DNA of 61,102 nucleotides from Gammaproteobacteria bacterium (GCA_013151745.1 JAADHS010000160.1:1-61102); one strand, 5' to 3'; positions 10,766 to 20,606 are shown, counted from the stretch's first letter. Numbers and translations: made by a program. Notes: a model not told the origin generated them from the sequence alone.

Positions 10766-12460
10766 ATGAGAGGATTCAAGTCAGTGCGATTGACGACATT
10801 TTTTCTAATTTTGGGAATACTATGGTTTATACCGGTTGCGCATGCTCAAGATGTCAATGTCCCAGACGATTATAGCACCATACAAGGTGCCATCGATGCA
10901 ATAGCTCAAACACCAGAGCTTGGGGATACGATTATTGTTGATGTCGGTACTTACGAAGAAAATATTAATTTAATTAGCAACATTACCCTGCGCGGCAAGG
11001 AAACAGCAAGGACGATACTCAAGGCTACTGATGAAAATATCCCGTTGCTACGAATGAATCAAGTCAGCAATGTAACATTGCAAAACTTCACTTTGAATGA
11101 AGGGAATATCGCTGTCGAACTACTAGATAGTTCCAATGTTTTGATTACAAACAATGTCTTCAATGCCGTAAACGAGACTGTAGATGTAGAGACGATCGGT
11201 ATCTCGGTTTTAGGTAATTTCAATTTCACTATCGAGATTGAGAACAATACGTTTTTTGATTTAGATCGTGCAGTTGTCTACAACAATGAAGCTGTAGAGA
11301 TACAAAACAATATTTTTTCTAAAAATGAACTGGCGATTGACAGTATCAATGCATTAGGTTCGATATCTTACAATTGTTTTTATGACAATAATCAACCAGA
11401 AGTACAAGGAACCAATGCAATCACCGGCAATGATCCTTTATTTGTTAATACCTCAATAAGTGATTTTCATTTGATAGAAGGGTCACCTTGTATTGATCAA
11501 GGGTTTGGCGATGATATTATTGATGAAAGCAATGCCGATATGGGTGCTTATGGTGGGCAATGGGCTGATATTTTTCCGTACCCGGTACAAATTTCGAGCG
11601 CGACGGATGCGACAGTCTCAGTGGGATCGCCTACTGTCGATATCACTTGGGGGAAAAACAATGCTTATCTGGTCACCCATACAACCAGACCAGGAGGCTA
11701 TAGAGTCCATTATGACTCAGACAACAGTGGCCCACCTTATAACGGCACCGATGCGGAAGGGGGTACGAAACCATCGCCTATTGATGTTGCTAACATCACC
11801 ACCTTTCGTCTTACGGATTTGTCTCCCGATCAGGCCGCGCCTTCAGCACCCGAGTTATTACGTCTCGATCTTGGCAATGGCCAATTTACAGCACATTGGA
11901 CAGCGCAACCCGGTGCGACAAGTTACAACATTCATTATGGTTTGAACGATACGCAAGAGAAACAAATCGCCGTTGGCAATGTCACGTCCTATACCATCAC
12001 AGGATTAGCCAATGGTGCAACCTATCTTGTTGCTATTACCGCCACTAGCCAGCCGACATACTATATCGCTATCACCACATACGACAACACAGGAAAAAGT
12101 GATAATGAAAGCACCCTGTCCGAAGAAAAAGAAGTGACGCTGGGTCAAGCATTCCACAGTGAATTATCCAATGAATTAACGGTCATTCCAGAGATGACAC
12201 AAGCCTTTCCTGATTTACCCAATGACGGTTGCTTTATCGCCACAGCCGCCTATGGTTTTTATAGTGCACCACAGGTTCAAGCTCTGCGCAATTTTCGAGA
12301 TAAGCATCTTTTAACACATCCGCCAGGTCGCGCATTCGTTCAATTTTATTATAAGCATAGTCCCCCACTTGCCACAACCATTGCCAAACGGCCATGGTTG
12401 AAAGTGCTAGTTCGTCTTGCTTTGGCACCATTTGTTATGATCGCATCGTTGTTCAGCTAA
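10766..12460 (+). CDS. Secreted beta-helix plus fibronectin type III protein with C-terminal CFI-box-CTERM domain
   Basis: Signal peptide (VAHA-QD); VPDDYSTIQGAID and Asn-rich beta-helix; SPCIDQG/DMGAYGG; FN3 motifs; GCFIATAAYG...LRNFRD...GRAFVQFYYKHSP. Confidence 0.8.
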   Translation: MRGFKSVRLTTFFLILGILWFIPVAHAQDVNVPDDYSTIQGAIDAIAQTPELGDTIIVDVGTYEENINLISNITLRGKETARTILKATDENIPLLRMNQVSNVTLQNFTLNEGNIAVELLDSSNVLITNNVFNAVNETVDVETIGISVLGNFNFTIEIENNTFFDLDRAVVYNNEAVEIQNNIFSKNELAIDSINALGSISYNCFYDNNQPEVQGTNAITGNDPLFVNTSISDFHLIEGSPCIDQGFGDDIIDESNADMGAYGGQWADIFPYPVQISSATDATVSVGSPTVDITWGKNNAYLVTHTTRPGGYRVHYDSDNSGPPYNGTDAEGGTKPSPIDVANITTFRLTDLSPDQAAPSAPELLRLDLGNGQFTAHWTAQPGATSYNIHYGLNDTQEKQIAVGNVTSYTITGLANGATYLVAITATSQPTYYIAITTYDNTGKSDNESTLSEEKEVTLGQAFHSELSNELTVIPEMTQAFPDLPNDGCFIATAAYGFYSAPQVQALRNFRDKHLLTHPPGRAFVQFYYKHSPPLATTIAKRPWLKVLVRLALAPFVMIASLFS

Positions 12461-12544
12461 CTAGAAACAAAGCAACTGAATTCCGACAAGCTAATGATCG
12501 CCTGTGCTGCCTTATCGCCCATAAATACAATTAGGAATATAGTT

Positions 12545-13237
12545 ATGAACCCGCCAATAAACCCATTTTTACACTTTATTTGTGTTTGTAGGTCTCGTCT
12601 ATTGGTTTGTATAGTCGGCGTTGTTTTATCTGTAGTCACGGCAACAGCACTGGCAGATGAAAACAGACCTTACTGGTCTACTGAGATTAAATTTGGTCAA
12701 TTTCATCCAGACTTGGAAGAGTGGGACAAGTTTTACGACGACGATTATATGAAACAATACAGTGTTGCGTTAGCCTATAAAATATTACGTCAAGTGGAGA
12801 TTGGCTTAGAGGCGAGTTACATGTCTCTAAATGGTCGCGGAGTTTTACCCCTGAATAATCAAGTCGGAGGAGAGGCTGATTACACTCTTGTTCCTGTCAG
12901 CGCTTATGTTACTTTAAGAGCCATTTTTAGCGAGAACCAACTTATTGTACCGTATGTTGGCGGCGGCATGACTCGTACTTCTTACAAACAAAATGTTAAC
13001 GAGGGTGAGACAAGTAAAGGTAAAACGAACGGGGTCTATTACAAAGCCGGAATACAATTTTTGTTAGATCGCCTTGATACCGGCTCTGCCAATGCACTAC
13101 AGCGTGACTTTGGCATTGATAATACCTACCTTTTTTTCGAATTTTCAAAAATCACTGCAGACATAGATGATGTACTTGGCAATAAAGTTGATTTGGGAGG
13201 TAAAAATTATTTTTTTGGTTTGTTATTTGAATTATAG
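12545..13237 (+). CDS. Outer-membrane beta-barrel protein (MXAN_2562-like)
   Basis: Signal peptide ending ALA-D; LIVPYVGGG, GIQFLLDRLD...DFGIDNTYLFFE; C-terminal amphipathic strand; start uncertain (12494 or 12545). Confidence 0.7.
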   Translation: MNPPINPFLHFICVCRSRLLVCIVGVVLSVVTATALADENRPYWSTEIKFGQFHPDLEEWDKFYDDDYMKQYSVALAYKILRQVEIGLEASYMSLNGRGVLPLNNQVGGEADYTLVPVSAYVTLRAIFSENQLIVPYVGGGMTRTSYKQNVNEGETSKGKTNGVYYKAGIQFLLDRLDTGSANALQRDFGIDNTYLFFEFSKITADIDDVLGNKVDLGGKNYFFGLLFEL

Positions 13238-13405
13238 AGCCCGAGTATCAATACGGTTCCTAGTACGCCGTCAAGGCTAATAGGTGCTAGAAGATAGCAC
13301 CCAAGAAGCCGAGCATAAAGGCAACTCAGGGAGCAGCAGGTTGCCGAGGAAAAGCTGAAGTGCGTGAAAACGTTTACAACCTAATTCCATAGGTACAGTT
13401 AATCT

Positions 13406-13591
13406 CTATTTTGTTTTACAGGTGTTAATACCCAGTAATGCATAAGGTGGACACCAGCTTATCAGTGCTGTGGCGATAAATACCAGGCCAATGGCGCCCC
13501 ACCAGCTTTGAAAGTAGGCTCCAACACCGATTGCAGCGAGTCCAGCAACAATACGAAGATTTTTATCCGTTTTTCCAACATTTTTCTGCAT
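13406..13591 (-). CDS. DUF2892 (YgaP-like) small membrane protein
   Basis: MQKNVGKTDKNLRI...WCPPYALLGINTC. Confidence 0.9.
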   Translation of the reverse strand: MQKNVGKTDKNLRIVAGLAAIGVGAYFQSWWGAIGLVFIATALISWCPPYALLGINTCKTK

Positions 13592-13734
13592 GATGTTTTT
13601 CCTTTTTCTGATATTTGATAGGATTCGATAGCCAATATAAGCTAAGGTTTGAGCGCTTGTCTGTGACTAAAATACCTTTCTCAAAAAAATAAAATGTAAT
13701 AAAGAGAGTGCGCATTCCCAAGTTTGAGAGCAGG

Positions 13735-14409
13735 CTATTGTCGATAATTTTGTAAGCCAGCCAGATTGACTACGGTCAGTTTACTGCGAGCGCCTTTGAT
13801 CAGCCCTTTGCCTTCAAATTCTTTGAGAATGCGACTTACCACCTCTCGGCTTGTACCTAGGTCAGAAGCGATTTCGTGATGGGTGATATTGAGAGTTTGG
13901 CCTTGCGATGCAATGGCAATCAGGTAGGCGGCAATGCGTTCGTCCATTCGGTGAAAGGCGACGCCTTCTAGAACAGCGATCACTTCCGTCAATCGTTTTG
14001 CAATTAAACCAAAAATGAAGGTATTCCAAGGTTTTGATTCACTCATCCATTCATGTACTTGTCTTGAGGGGACAAGCACCGCGTCCACATCCGTTTCTGC
14101 GGTTGCGATGGCGGGAAAGGGTGTGTTGCTCATTATGCACGAAGCGGTTAGTACACAACTATCACCTTTGCTAATGCGATAAAGTGTGATTTCACGACCC
14201 GAATCAGCCAGTTTATAGACACGAACCTGGCCTGAGACGAGCAATGCTAATTGATTACATTCCGTACCCTCTGATGCGATGGTGTGGCCGGCGGGAATAT
14301 GAATCAGGGAGGCGCTACGAAAAAACGGTTTACCAAACTCGGACGAGGGATGGTTTAAAAATGGAAAATACTCGCTTAGATGTTGCTGTTGTTTCAAATT
14401 TTCTATCAT
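13735..14409 (-). CDS. Crp/Fnr-family transcriptional regulator
   Basis: SGREITLYRISKGDSCVLT; HTH THHEIASDLGTSREVVSRILK. Confidence 0.92.
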   Translation of the reverse strand: MIENLKQQQHLSEYFPFLNHPSSEFGKPFFRSASLIHIPAGHTIASEGTECNQLALLVSGQVRVYKLADSGREITLYRISKGDSCVLTASCIMSNTPFPAIATAETDVDAVLVPSRQVHEWMSESKPWNTFIFGLIAKRLTEVIAVLEGVAFHRMDERIAAYLIAIASQGQTLNITHHEIASDLGTSREVVSRILKEFEGKGLIKGARSKLTVVNLAGLQNYRQ

Positions 14410-14423
14410 GACTTAACAGTTTA

Positions 14424-14494
14424 GGAATGAAACACAATAATTTATGCAAGTGGTGCACAAATTTGGTTTCTACAAGTTGTTTTATTCTCATTCC
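14424..14494. mobile_element. Short MITE-like element (family B), internally deleted copy
   Basis: Ends GGAATGA...TCATTCC, flanks TTA/CTA; shares TTATGCAAGTGGYGCACAAATTTRGTTTCTA with 15971-16099. Confidence 0.7.
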
Positions 14495-14581
14495 CTAGTC
14501 AGAGGGGTTTTTCAGCTCTCTACTCCAAATATAGCGATGGTGATGGTAGAAAACAAATGCTGAAAAAGAGTATAACAGCTA

Positions 14582-14626
14582 CGCCAAACATGACATAATC
14601 TGTTATATAAATGGTCATTATTGACA
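14582..14626. promoter_or_regulatory. Paired pseudo-palindromic activator sites upstream of the sigma54 regulator gene
   Basis: CGCCA-AACA-TGACA (14582) and GGTCA-TTAT-TGACA (14613), 31 bp apart; same arrangement at 20783/20814. Confidence 0.55.
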
Positions 14627-14635
14627 CGGAAGTGA

Positions 14636-15970
14636 ATGAAAAACCAGGCACCGGTCTTTACGCCACCGTCATCGCAACTATTGTCGGTTTTGGAGTATTT
14701 CCAAATGCCGGCTATTATCTTGAGCGTGGACTACCATATTGTTGCAGCCAACGCGGCTTACCGACGCTTATACGGTGAGGAACCTGCAGCAAAACATCGT
14801 TATTGTTATGAAGTTTCCCATGGATATCGAGTACCTTGTGATCAGGCGGGCGAAACCTGTCCGCTTAAAAATGCCATTGCTACGGGTCATAGCCAGAGAG
14901 TATTACACCTGCACCATACGCCACATGGTGAGGAGCATGTTGATGTTGAAACTTTTCCGATAAAAGATTCGTCAGGTAACATCATTTATCTGATTGAGTT
15001 GCTGCGCGCAACGAAGAGCGCAAGTAGCCAGCCCCTCGAATCGGGTCTGGTGGGACGGTCTCCACGCTTCAATAAAATGGTAGAGCTGATACAACGAGTG
15101 GCATCCAGCGATATTAATGTGTTATTGCTGGGTGAATCGGGGACAGGAAAAGAATTAGTCGCTCAAGCGATTCACGAAGGGGGTTCTCAGGCCAAAGCAG
15201 CGTTGGTTCCCTTGGAATGCTCTGGACTTTCAGAATCGTTGTTTGAAAGTGAATTGTTCGGTCATGAAAAGGGGGCGTTCACCGGTGCGAGCAATAGCAA
15301 GCCAGGGTTGGTGGAAACTGCAATCGGTGGCACGTTGTTTCTCGATGAAGTGGGTGATATTCCGCTCAGTCTGCAAGTTAAGTTGTTGCGCTTACTCGAA
15401 ACCGGAACATACCGGCGTGTTGGCTGTCCGGATCCTCGCAAGGCAGATTTTCGTCTGATCTGCGCCACGCACCGTGATCTGAAAGCCATGGTAAAAAGCG
15501 GAGAGTTTCGTCAAGACCTTTATTACCGCATCAGTAGTTTTCCCATTCACCTGCCCCCGTTACGTGACCGTGTAGAAGATATTCCGTTGTTAGTCGAAGC
15601 TTTGTTGACACGCATTCACGGAGACAGCCCGCCTGCTGTTGATGCTCAGGCATTGCAGTTGCTAAAAACGCATGAATATCATGGCAATATCAGAGAGTTG
15701 CGCAATGTGTTGGAATGGGCTCATTTAATGGCCAACGGTGAAATGATCAGAGCAGAGCATTTACCCGATGAATTTCAAGACCAGCAAAACGTCCCAAAAA
15801 GAGATTCCCCAGTTTCCTGGCAAGGTGAAATAATTTCTCTGGACAAAATGGAAAAAAATTACTTACGCTGGGTGCTCGTACACTATTCTGGAGATAAACG
15901 ATCCCTCGCCAAGCAGCTAGGAATCAGTGAACGGACGTTATATAGAAAAATTGAGCAATCGGGTAACTAA
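14636..15970 (+). CDS. PAS-domain sigma54-dependent Fis-family activator, FisR-like sulfane-sulfur sensor
   Basis: [21 protein letters not shown]-terminal HTH; C57/C68/C75 (Cx10Cx6C) in the PAS region; near pdo-tauE-sqr. Confidence 0.88.
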   Translation: MKNQAPVFTPPSSQLLSVLEYFQMPAIILSVDYHIVAANAAYRRLYGEEPAAKHRYCYEVSHGYRVPCDQAGETCPLKNAIATGHSQRVLHLHHTPHGEEHVDVETFPIKDSSGNIIYLIELLRATKSASSQPLESGLVGRSPRFNKMVELIQRVASSDINVLLLGESGTGKELVAQAIHEGGSQAKAALVPLECSGLSESLFESELFGHEKGAFTGASNSKPGLVETAIGGTLFLDEVGDIPLSLQVKLLRLLETGTYRRVGCPDPRKADFRLICATHRDLKAMVKSGEFRQDLYYRISSFPIHLPPLRDRVEDIPLLVEALLTRIHGDSPPAVDAQALQLLKTHEYHGNIRELRNVLEWAHLMANGEMIRAEHLPDEFQDQQNVPKRDSPVSWQGEIISLDKMEKNYLRWVLVHYSGDKRSLAKQLGISERTLYRKIEQSGN

Positions 15971-16099
15971 GGAATGAGAATGAAATAACTTATGCAAGTG
16001 GCGCACAAATTTAGTTTCTATTTGAGTGTTTTAGTTGAAGAACGCTCAAAGAGGAGCCGAAGTTGTGATGCCAGATGCACAAGTTATTTTACTCCTTCC
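15971..16099. mobile_element. 129-bp MITE (family B) inserted at the regulator stop codon
   Basis: Imperfect TIRs GGAATGAGAATGAAATAACTTATGCA / TGCACAAGTTATTTTACTCCTTCC; TAA direct repeats at 15968-70 and 16100-02; internal hairpin. Confidence 0.75.
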
Positions 16100-16240
16100 T
16101 AAAGAACGCGTACTTGCCTAAGCCATAATGGCTCTGTGTTAGCTTCTCGGTGGGTTCTCCTGATGAGTCGATTAGACAAATACAAGCAAAACTTGAGTTT
16201 TAAACAAGGAGGTTATAATGCGCTTGTTACTGCAAATATT

Positions 16241-17056
16241 TTAAAATGCACCAAAGACTTTTTTCAAAAGATCGCTGTTTCGCATGATGGGGTTATCTCT
16301 GATTTCTTTTTCTTTTTTTGCAATCATGGTCATTAAGCCTTCGATAGACTTGTTGGTTACATAGCTTTCGATATTGTCGTCTTTTTGACCGGGTAGATAA
16401 TCATCAACACCAAATTTGCTTGTTAATGATGAAACGGTATCATTTTGTAAAATACCAGATTTTTTTTTGTAGAACGATTGAAATGAATTGTAGTACTTGG
16501 CTATATTATTATTTTCCATGCTTTTTTTAACAATGGGTGTCACTATTGTTGTTAGGTTGTTTGTGCTGTTTGTTTTAAAATATTGCGTTGCAGCATCATC
16601 ATTACCGGCCAAAATATTTTTAGCATCGGTGATGCTCATATTTTTGATTGAATTTAAAAAAACTTCTGCAGTTTTTGGTGCGGCTTCTTCTGCTGCTCTA
16701 TTTAATGCAAGAATCAAATCATCTACATATTTTTCTCCGCCAACTTTTCGTATCAATTTTTCAGCCGTTTTCATATTTTTGGGAAGGGGGATGGTGACCA
16801 AGGGGTTATTCAGGTAGCCGCCTTTTTTGCCAAGATCCGTCACCGCGAATTTAACACCCTTTGCAAGTGCCTCTTTTAAGGCACCGCTCATGTCACTATT
16901 TGAAAGTCCTGATACTGTCTTGTTAGAATCTGACTGTGTAACAGGATTAATTTCTTTCGTTTTTTCAACCAGTCCATCAAGCTGATCTTGCCATCCTGCG
17001 TACAAATTTGCACTGAAAGTAAGTGAAGCCACAAGTGCTATTTTTATAGTTTTCAT
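16241..17056 (-). CDS. DUF4197 family exported protein
   Basis: Signal peptide MKTIKIALVA; ALKEALAKG, LNRAAEEAAP, IAKKEKEIRDNP...LLKKVFG; start moved to 17056. Confidence 0.88.
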   Translation of the reverse strand: MKTIKIALVASLTFSANLYAGWQDQLDGLVEKTKEINPVTQSDSNKTVSGLSNSDMSGALKEALAKGVKFAVTDLGKKGGYLNNPLVTIPLPKNMKTAEKLIRKVGGEKYVDDLILALNRAAEEAAPKTAEVFLNSIKNMSITDAKNILAGNDDAATQYFKTNSTNNLTTIVTPIVKKSMENNNIAKYYNSFQSFYKKKSGILQNDTVSSLTSKFGVDDYLPGQKDDNIESYVTNKSIEGLMTMIAKKEKEIRDNPIMRNSDLLKKVFGAF

Positions 17057-17117
17057 ATTGTACCTATTTGGGATAATTGTAATATATCTTAAAGTGGGTG
17101 AAATCCCGTGCCTAGTT

Positions 17118-17699
17118 TTATTCAGTTCTTTTCGAAAAAGGAACAAAGGCCGCTACGCGGTGGCAATATTCTTTATACTCGGGGTGAGCCAGTATCAGTC
17201 GCTGTTCTTCCAGTTTAGCACCAATAATGAAATAGATCGCAACCACAGTATATAAACTAATGGAATTAACACTTTGTTCTGGCATCGCGAACATAACCAG
17301 CATCATCGCTAAGTACATGGGGTGCCGAACGTAACAATAGATTCCTTTTTCAATAAAGGGATCGATGTTACCAGAATTGTTGCGTAGTCCCAAAAATACC
17401 CTCACGTCAATGGGCATCAGAGAGGCCAAAAATAGAGCAAGCCCCAGCAGTTGTATAACACGTAACAGCCATGCGATAGGGGCGTCAATGTGGTATAAAT
17501 TCGTATCGGGAAGCGAATGGACAAAGGCGAGCCACAGTAATGTCGTGAAAATAGCAAAGATCACATAGCTGAGTCGGTATTTTTGAGTGCTTAAGCCTGC
17601 CCGATAAAGTAATTTTTTGCATCTATTCTGCGCCAACAAACTATGAATTACAGCAAAAATGATGCCTGATACCCATATAGATATAACGGAAGTCAGCAC
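17118..17699 (-). CDS. Membrane methyltransferase, ICMT/MddA/nurim-like family
   Basis: Multi-TM; IHSLLA, GIYCYVRHPMYL, EEQRL, YKEYCHRVAAFVP. Confidence 0.8.
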   Translation of the reverse strand: MLTSVISIWVSGIIFAVIHSLLAQNRCKKLLYRAGLSTQKYRLSYVIFAIFTTLLWLAFVHSLPDTNLYHIDAPIAWLLRVIQLLGLALFLASLMPIDVRVFLGLRNNSGNIDPFIEKGIYCYVRHPMYLAMMLVMFAMPEQSVNSISLYTVVAIYFIIGAKLEEQRLILAHPEYKEYCHRVAAFVPFSKRTE

Positions 17700-17715
17700 T
17701 CGGTCGCACTCCTAG

Positions 17716-17874
17716 GAGGCTGTCCGAGAACAGACTGACCTACTGCGACCAAGCTCTTTTGGTCAAATTTTCCGATCATTTTCGTTAAATAGACCCATTA
17801 TTCGCCTCAAATGATCGAAAAATTTGACTCAAAATAGCTTGCTCTCGCTACGATCGCTATTCTCGGACAGCCTC
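17716..17874. mobile_element. 159-bp MITE (family A) with CTAG target duplication
   Basis: Perfect 15-bp TIR GAGGCTGTCCGAGAA / TTCTCGGACAGCCTC; CTAG at 17712-15 and 17875-78; interior is a long imperfect palindrome. Confidence 0.85.
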
Positions 17875-17899
17875 CTAGTGATCAAAACGCTTTTTAGGA

Positions 17900-19105
17900 T
17901 TAATTTCCGCTTAGGCTGAGGTCGCCCCCTTTCAGTAATACATCCCAATAAAATTTAGGTAAAATATACTTTTTAAAGTAGTACATACTGCGCCGTTCTC
18001 GACCTTGGTCAAAAGGGAAGGTTTCTTTTGGGCGAAGGTTATAATCAAATTCGGCGAGCACCAATTTTCCGTAACCTGTGACCAGAGGACATGAAGCGTA
18101 ACCATCATACGCTGCTTTTCCATTTTGCTCGTTCATTGTCGCAAGTAAATTGCTGGTTACAACGGGTGTTTGACTGCGGATCGCTGCTGCTGTTTTGGAG
18201 TTGGGTGTATTAGTACAATCCCCCAGACCAAAGATGTTTTTGTATTCTTTATGTTGCAAAGTATGTAAATCAACATCGACCCAACCTGCTTCGTCGCTAA
18301 TCGGGCTGGCTTTAATAAAATCGGGAGCCGCCATGGGTGGCGTAACGTGAATGAAATCATAACGAATGATTTTCTCTTCTTCTCCTGCTGAAAAGATGGC
18401 TTCTTTTTTATCGGGATTCAGCGCAATCAAGTTGGTTTGGTAGTTCATCGTCAAACCTTTTCTTTCAATGACACGGTTGAGTTCATCCGCGTATTTTTTT
18501 ACAGGAAAAATGCCTGGAGCTGCAGAACAAAAAATCATCTTCGTTTTGTCGCGAACCTTGTTTTTTCTAAAGGCATCATCGGCAAGATAAAGTATTTTTT
18601 GTGCCGCTCCAGGGCATTTGAAAGGCGGTGGAGGTTGTGTAAAAATCGCAGTTCCCCCTTGAAATTCTTTAATGGCTTTCCAGGTCAGGGGAGCGATGTT
18701 GTAGTCGTAGTTACTGACGACCCCGTTTTTACCCAGCTCTTCTTTTAATCCCGGTATTGTGTCCCAATTTATTTTAATTCCTGCGGCAACAACCAAGTAA
18801 TCGTAGGTCACGATTTGACCGGAGTCCATGGTGAGCTGATTTTCTTCAGGTGCTATTTCTGACACGCTTTCTTTTATCCATTTGACGCCACGTGGCACGA
18901 CCTTTTTCATTGGGCGTGCTGTTTTTTCCGCCGAATAAATTCCTGCACCCACAAAGGTCCAGCCGGGTTGATAATAATGGGTTTCTGCGGGTTCTATAAT
19001 GGCAATATCCAGCTTTTCTGCTTCCTTTGCCAGGTGAGCTGCAACAGCAATACCTCCGGTTCCCCCGCCGATGATGACGACTTGATGATGTTTTGAATTT
19101 TGCAT
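17900..19105 (-). CDS. sqr: Sulfide:quinone oxidoreductase, type II-like
   Basis: GGGTGG FAD motif, HYYQPGWT, FKCPGAAQKI, YDGYASCPLVTGYGKLVLAEFDY. Confidence 0.92.
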   Translation of the reverse strand: MQNSKHHQVVIIGGGTGGIAVAAHLAKEAEKLDIAIIEPAETHYYQPGWTFVGAGIYSAEKTARPMKKVVPRGVKWIKESVSEIAPEENQLTMDSGQIVTYDYLVVAAGIKINWDTIPGLKEELGKNGVVSNYDYNIAPLTWKAIKEFQGGTAIFTQPPPPFKCPGAAQKILYLADDAFRKNKVRDKTKMIFCSAAPGIFPVKKYADELNRVIERKGLTMNYQTNLIALNPDKKEAIFSAGEEEKIIRYDFIHVTPPMAAPDFIKASPISDEAGWVDVDLHTLQHKEYKNIFGLGDCTNTPNSKTAAAIRSQTPVVTSNLLATMNEQNGKAAYDGYASCPLVTGYGKLVLAEFDYNLRPKETFPFDQGRERRSMYYFKKYILPKFYWDVLLKGGDLSLSGN

Positions 19106-19140
19106 AATACCCTCTCCGTTAAAGAGCGCTACCTTGACCG

Positions 19141-19161
19141 TATTCTCGGACAGCTTCCTCG
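19141..19161. repeat. Solitary degenerate right end of MITE family A
   Basis: TATTCTCGGACAGCTTCCTCG, 19/21 identical to 17858-17878. Confidence 0.7.
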
Positions 19162-19166
19162 TCCTT

Positions 19167-19904
19167 TTACATAGTCAGGGTACGCCAGCTCATAAATATG
19201 CCCATTAAAACCAAAATAATACTAAAACTTTTTTGTAAATAGTGACCCGGAACTCTTTTCAATAAATAGGTACCTATTACGGTACCCATTGAAGCAATCA
19301 AAGCAAAAATAAATGTATCAAATATGGGGATTTCAATTTGACCAAGGTAGCTGATGCCTCCCGCAAGGGCATTCAGGGAGATTAATACCAGAGAATGGGC
19401 AACGGCTACTGGAAAGTGGCTGATACCCAGATAAATCAACGCAGGTACAAGTAAAAATCCTCCTCCGACCCCAAAGACTCCGGTCAAAATTCCGATTGCA
19501 AATCCGGTGACCGTTGCGGGTACAAAACGATAGAGACCAATACGATCAGCTAGCTTTATTTTACTGACCCACCATGTCACCGCAAAAATTAAAGCAGTAA
19601 ATAGCCCCAGTTGTAGTTGTTCAGGAAGGTATTGAGCGAATATCGAACCTGAAACGCTACCTACAATACCTGATAGCCCCAGTGTGACGACCAGTTTCCA
19701 TTGCAAACATTTCCAAACTCGTTGATGAACCAAGGCGACAAAAGAGACTAAGGTGACGATCCATAGACTCATTCCTATGGCTTGTTTTACCGGCATGTCA
19801 GCAAAATAAATCAACGCCGGAACGGTGACCATGCCACCGCCAGCACCAAACATACCCAGTATTATTCCTATGCCAAGCGCGGTTGGCCAAAGAAGTAATG
19901 TCAC
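19167..19904 (-). CDS. TauE/SafE-family sulfite exporter
   Basis: Multi-TM with duplicated GMFGAGGG / GVFGVGGG..VPAL motifs. Confidence 0.9.
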   Translation of the reverse strand: MTLLLWPTALGIGIILGMFGAGGGMVTVPALIYFADMPVKQAIGMSLWIVTLVSFVALVHQRVWKCLQWKLVVTLGLSGIVGSVSGSIFAQYLPEQLQLGLFTALIFAVTWWVSKIKLADRIGLYRFVPATVTGFAIGILTGVFGVGGGFLLVPALIYLGISHFPVAVAHSLVLISLNALAGGISYLGQIEIPIFDTFIFALIASMGTVIGTYLLKRVPGHYLQKSFSIILVLMGIFMSWRTLTM

Positions 19905-19928
19905 ATTGTTGCGCCTCGATTAAGACAG

Positions 19929-20606
19929 TTATTTTCCGCAGGATTGGTTGCTTGGAACAGCTTCCATAATCAGCTTGGGGTTGGCTAAATTTAATGTTTT
20001 CATAAATTCGACAAACTGACTTCGAGAAAGCTGTAGTCTTGGATTATGATTTTTTTCTTCACCTATTGTCGAGGTGGTTCGACCTTGATAATCGTGCCCC
20101 GGATAAACGATCGTTTTGTCTGGCAAAGTCAAGAGCTTGTTTTGAATTGAATCGTAGAGCTGTCCAGCATTGCCTTGTTGGAAGTCCGTTCTACCGCAAC
20201 CGCGAATAAACAGAGCATCACCGGTAAAAATAGCGTGACCTATTTTAAAACTTAAACAACCGGGAGTATGTCCCGGTGTCTCAAGCACATGAATGGAAAG
20301 TTGACCCAGAGTTAAGGTCTCACCCTCTTCTAATGCTAAATCGGCACATGCCACGCCATTTTTTTTGGCGACGCCTGTTTTACATTGCGTTTTTTCACGC
20401 AAATGACCACTTGCAGTAACATGGTCGGCATGAACATGGGTATCCAGAGCATATTTCAAATTCAGCTCCAACTCAGAAAGCAAACTCAGATCCCGGTCAA
20501 TTTGAGTCAGTACCGGATCGATGAGTACAGCTTCTTTACTTTCCGGGTCTGCAACAAGATAGCTATAGGTCCAGGTGTCGTAGTCAAACAATTGCCTTAA
20601 AATCAT
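19929..20606 (-). CDS. Persulfide dioxygenase (ETHE1-like metallo-beta-lactamase)
   Basis: THVHADH, TPGHT, RGCGRTDFQ, YPGHDY, C-terminal VPSNQSCG. Confidence 0.92.
   Translation of the reverse strand: MILRQLFDYDTWTYSYLVADPESKEAVLIDPVLTQIDRDLSLLSELELNLKYALDTHVHADHVTASGHLREKTQCKTGVAKKNGVACADLALEEGETLTLGQLSIHVLETPGHTPGCLSFKIGHAIFTGDALFIRGCGRTDFQQGNAGQLYDSIQNKLLTLPDKTIVYPGHDYQGRTTSTIGEEKNHNPRLQLSRSQFVEFMKTLNLANPKLIMEAVPSNQSCGK

Noticed and set aside
13260-13302. CTAGTACGCCGTCAAG IS-like end and GGTGCTA/TAGCACC hairpin
   Set aside because: No second end found; could simply be terminator structure between convergent genes
13662-13677. CRP/FNR-type site upstream of the DUF2892 gene
   Set aside because: Only one good half-site (TGTGAC); symmetry and spacing are poor
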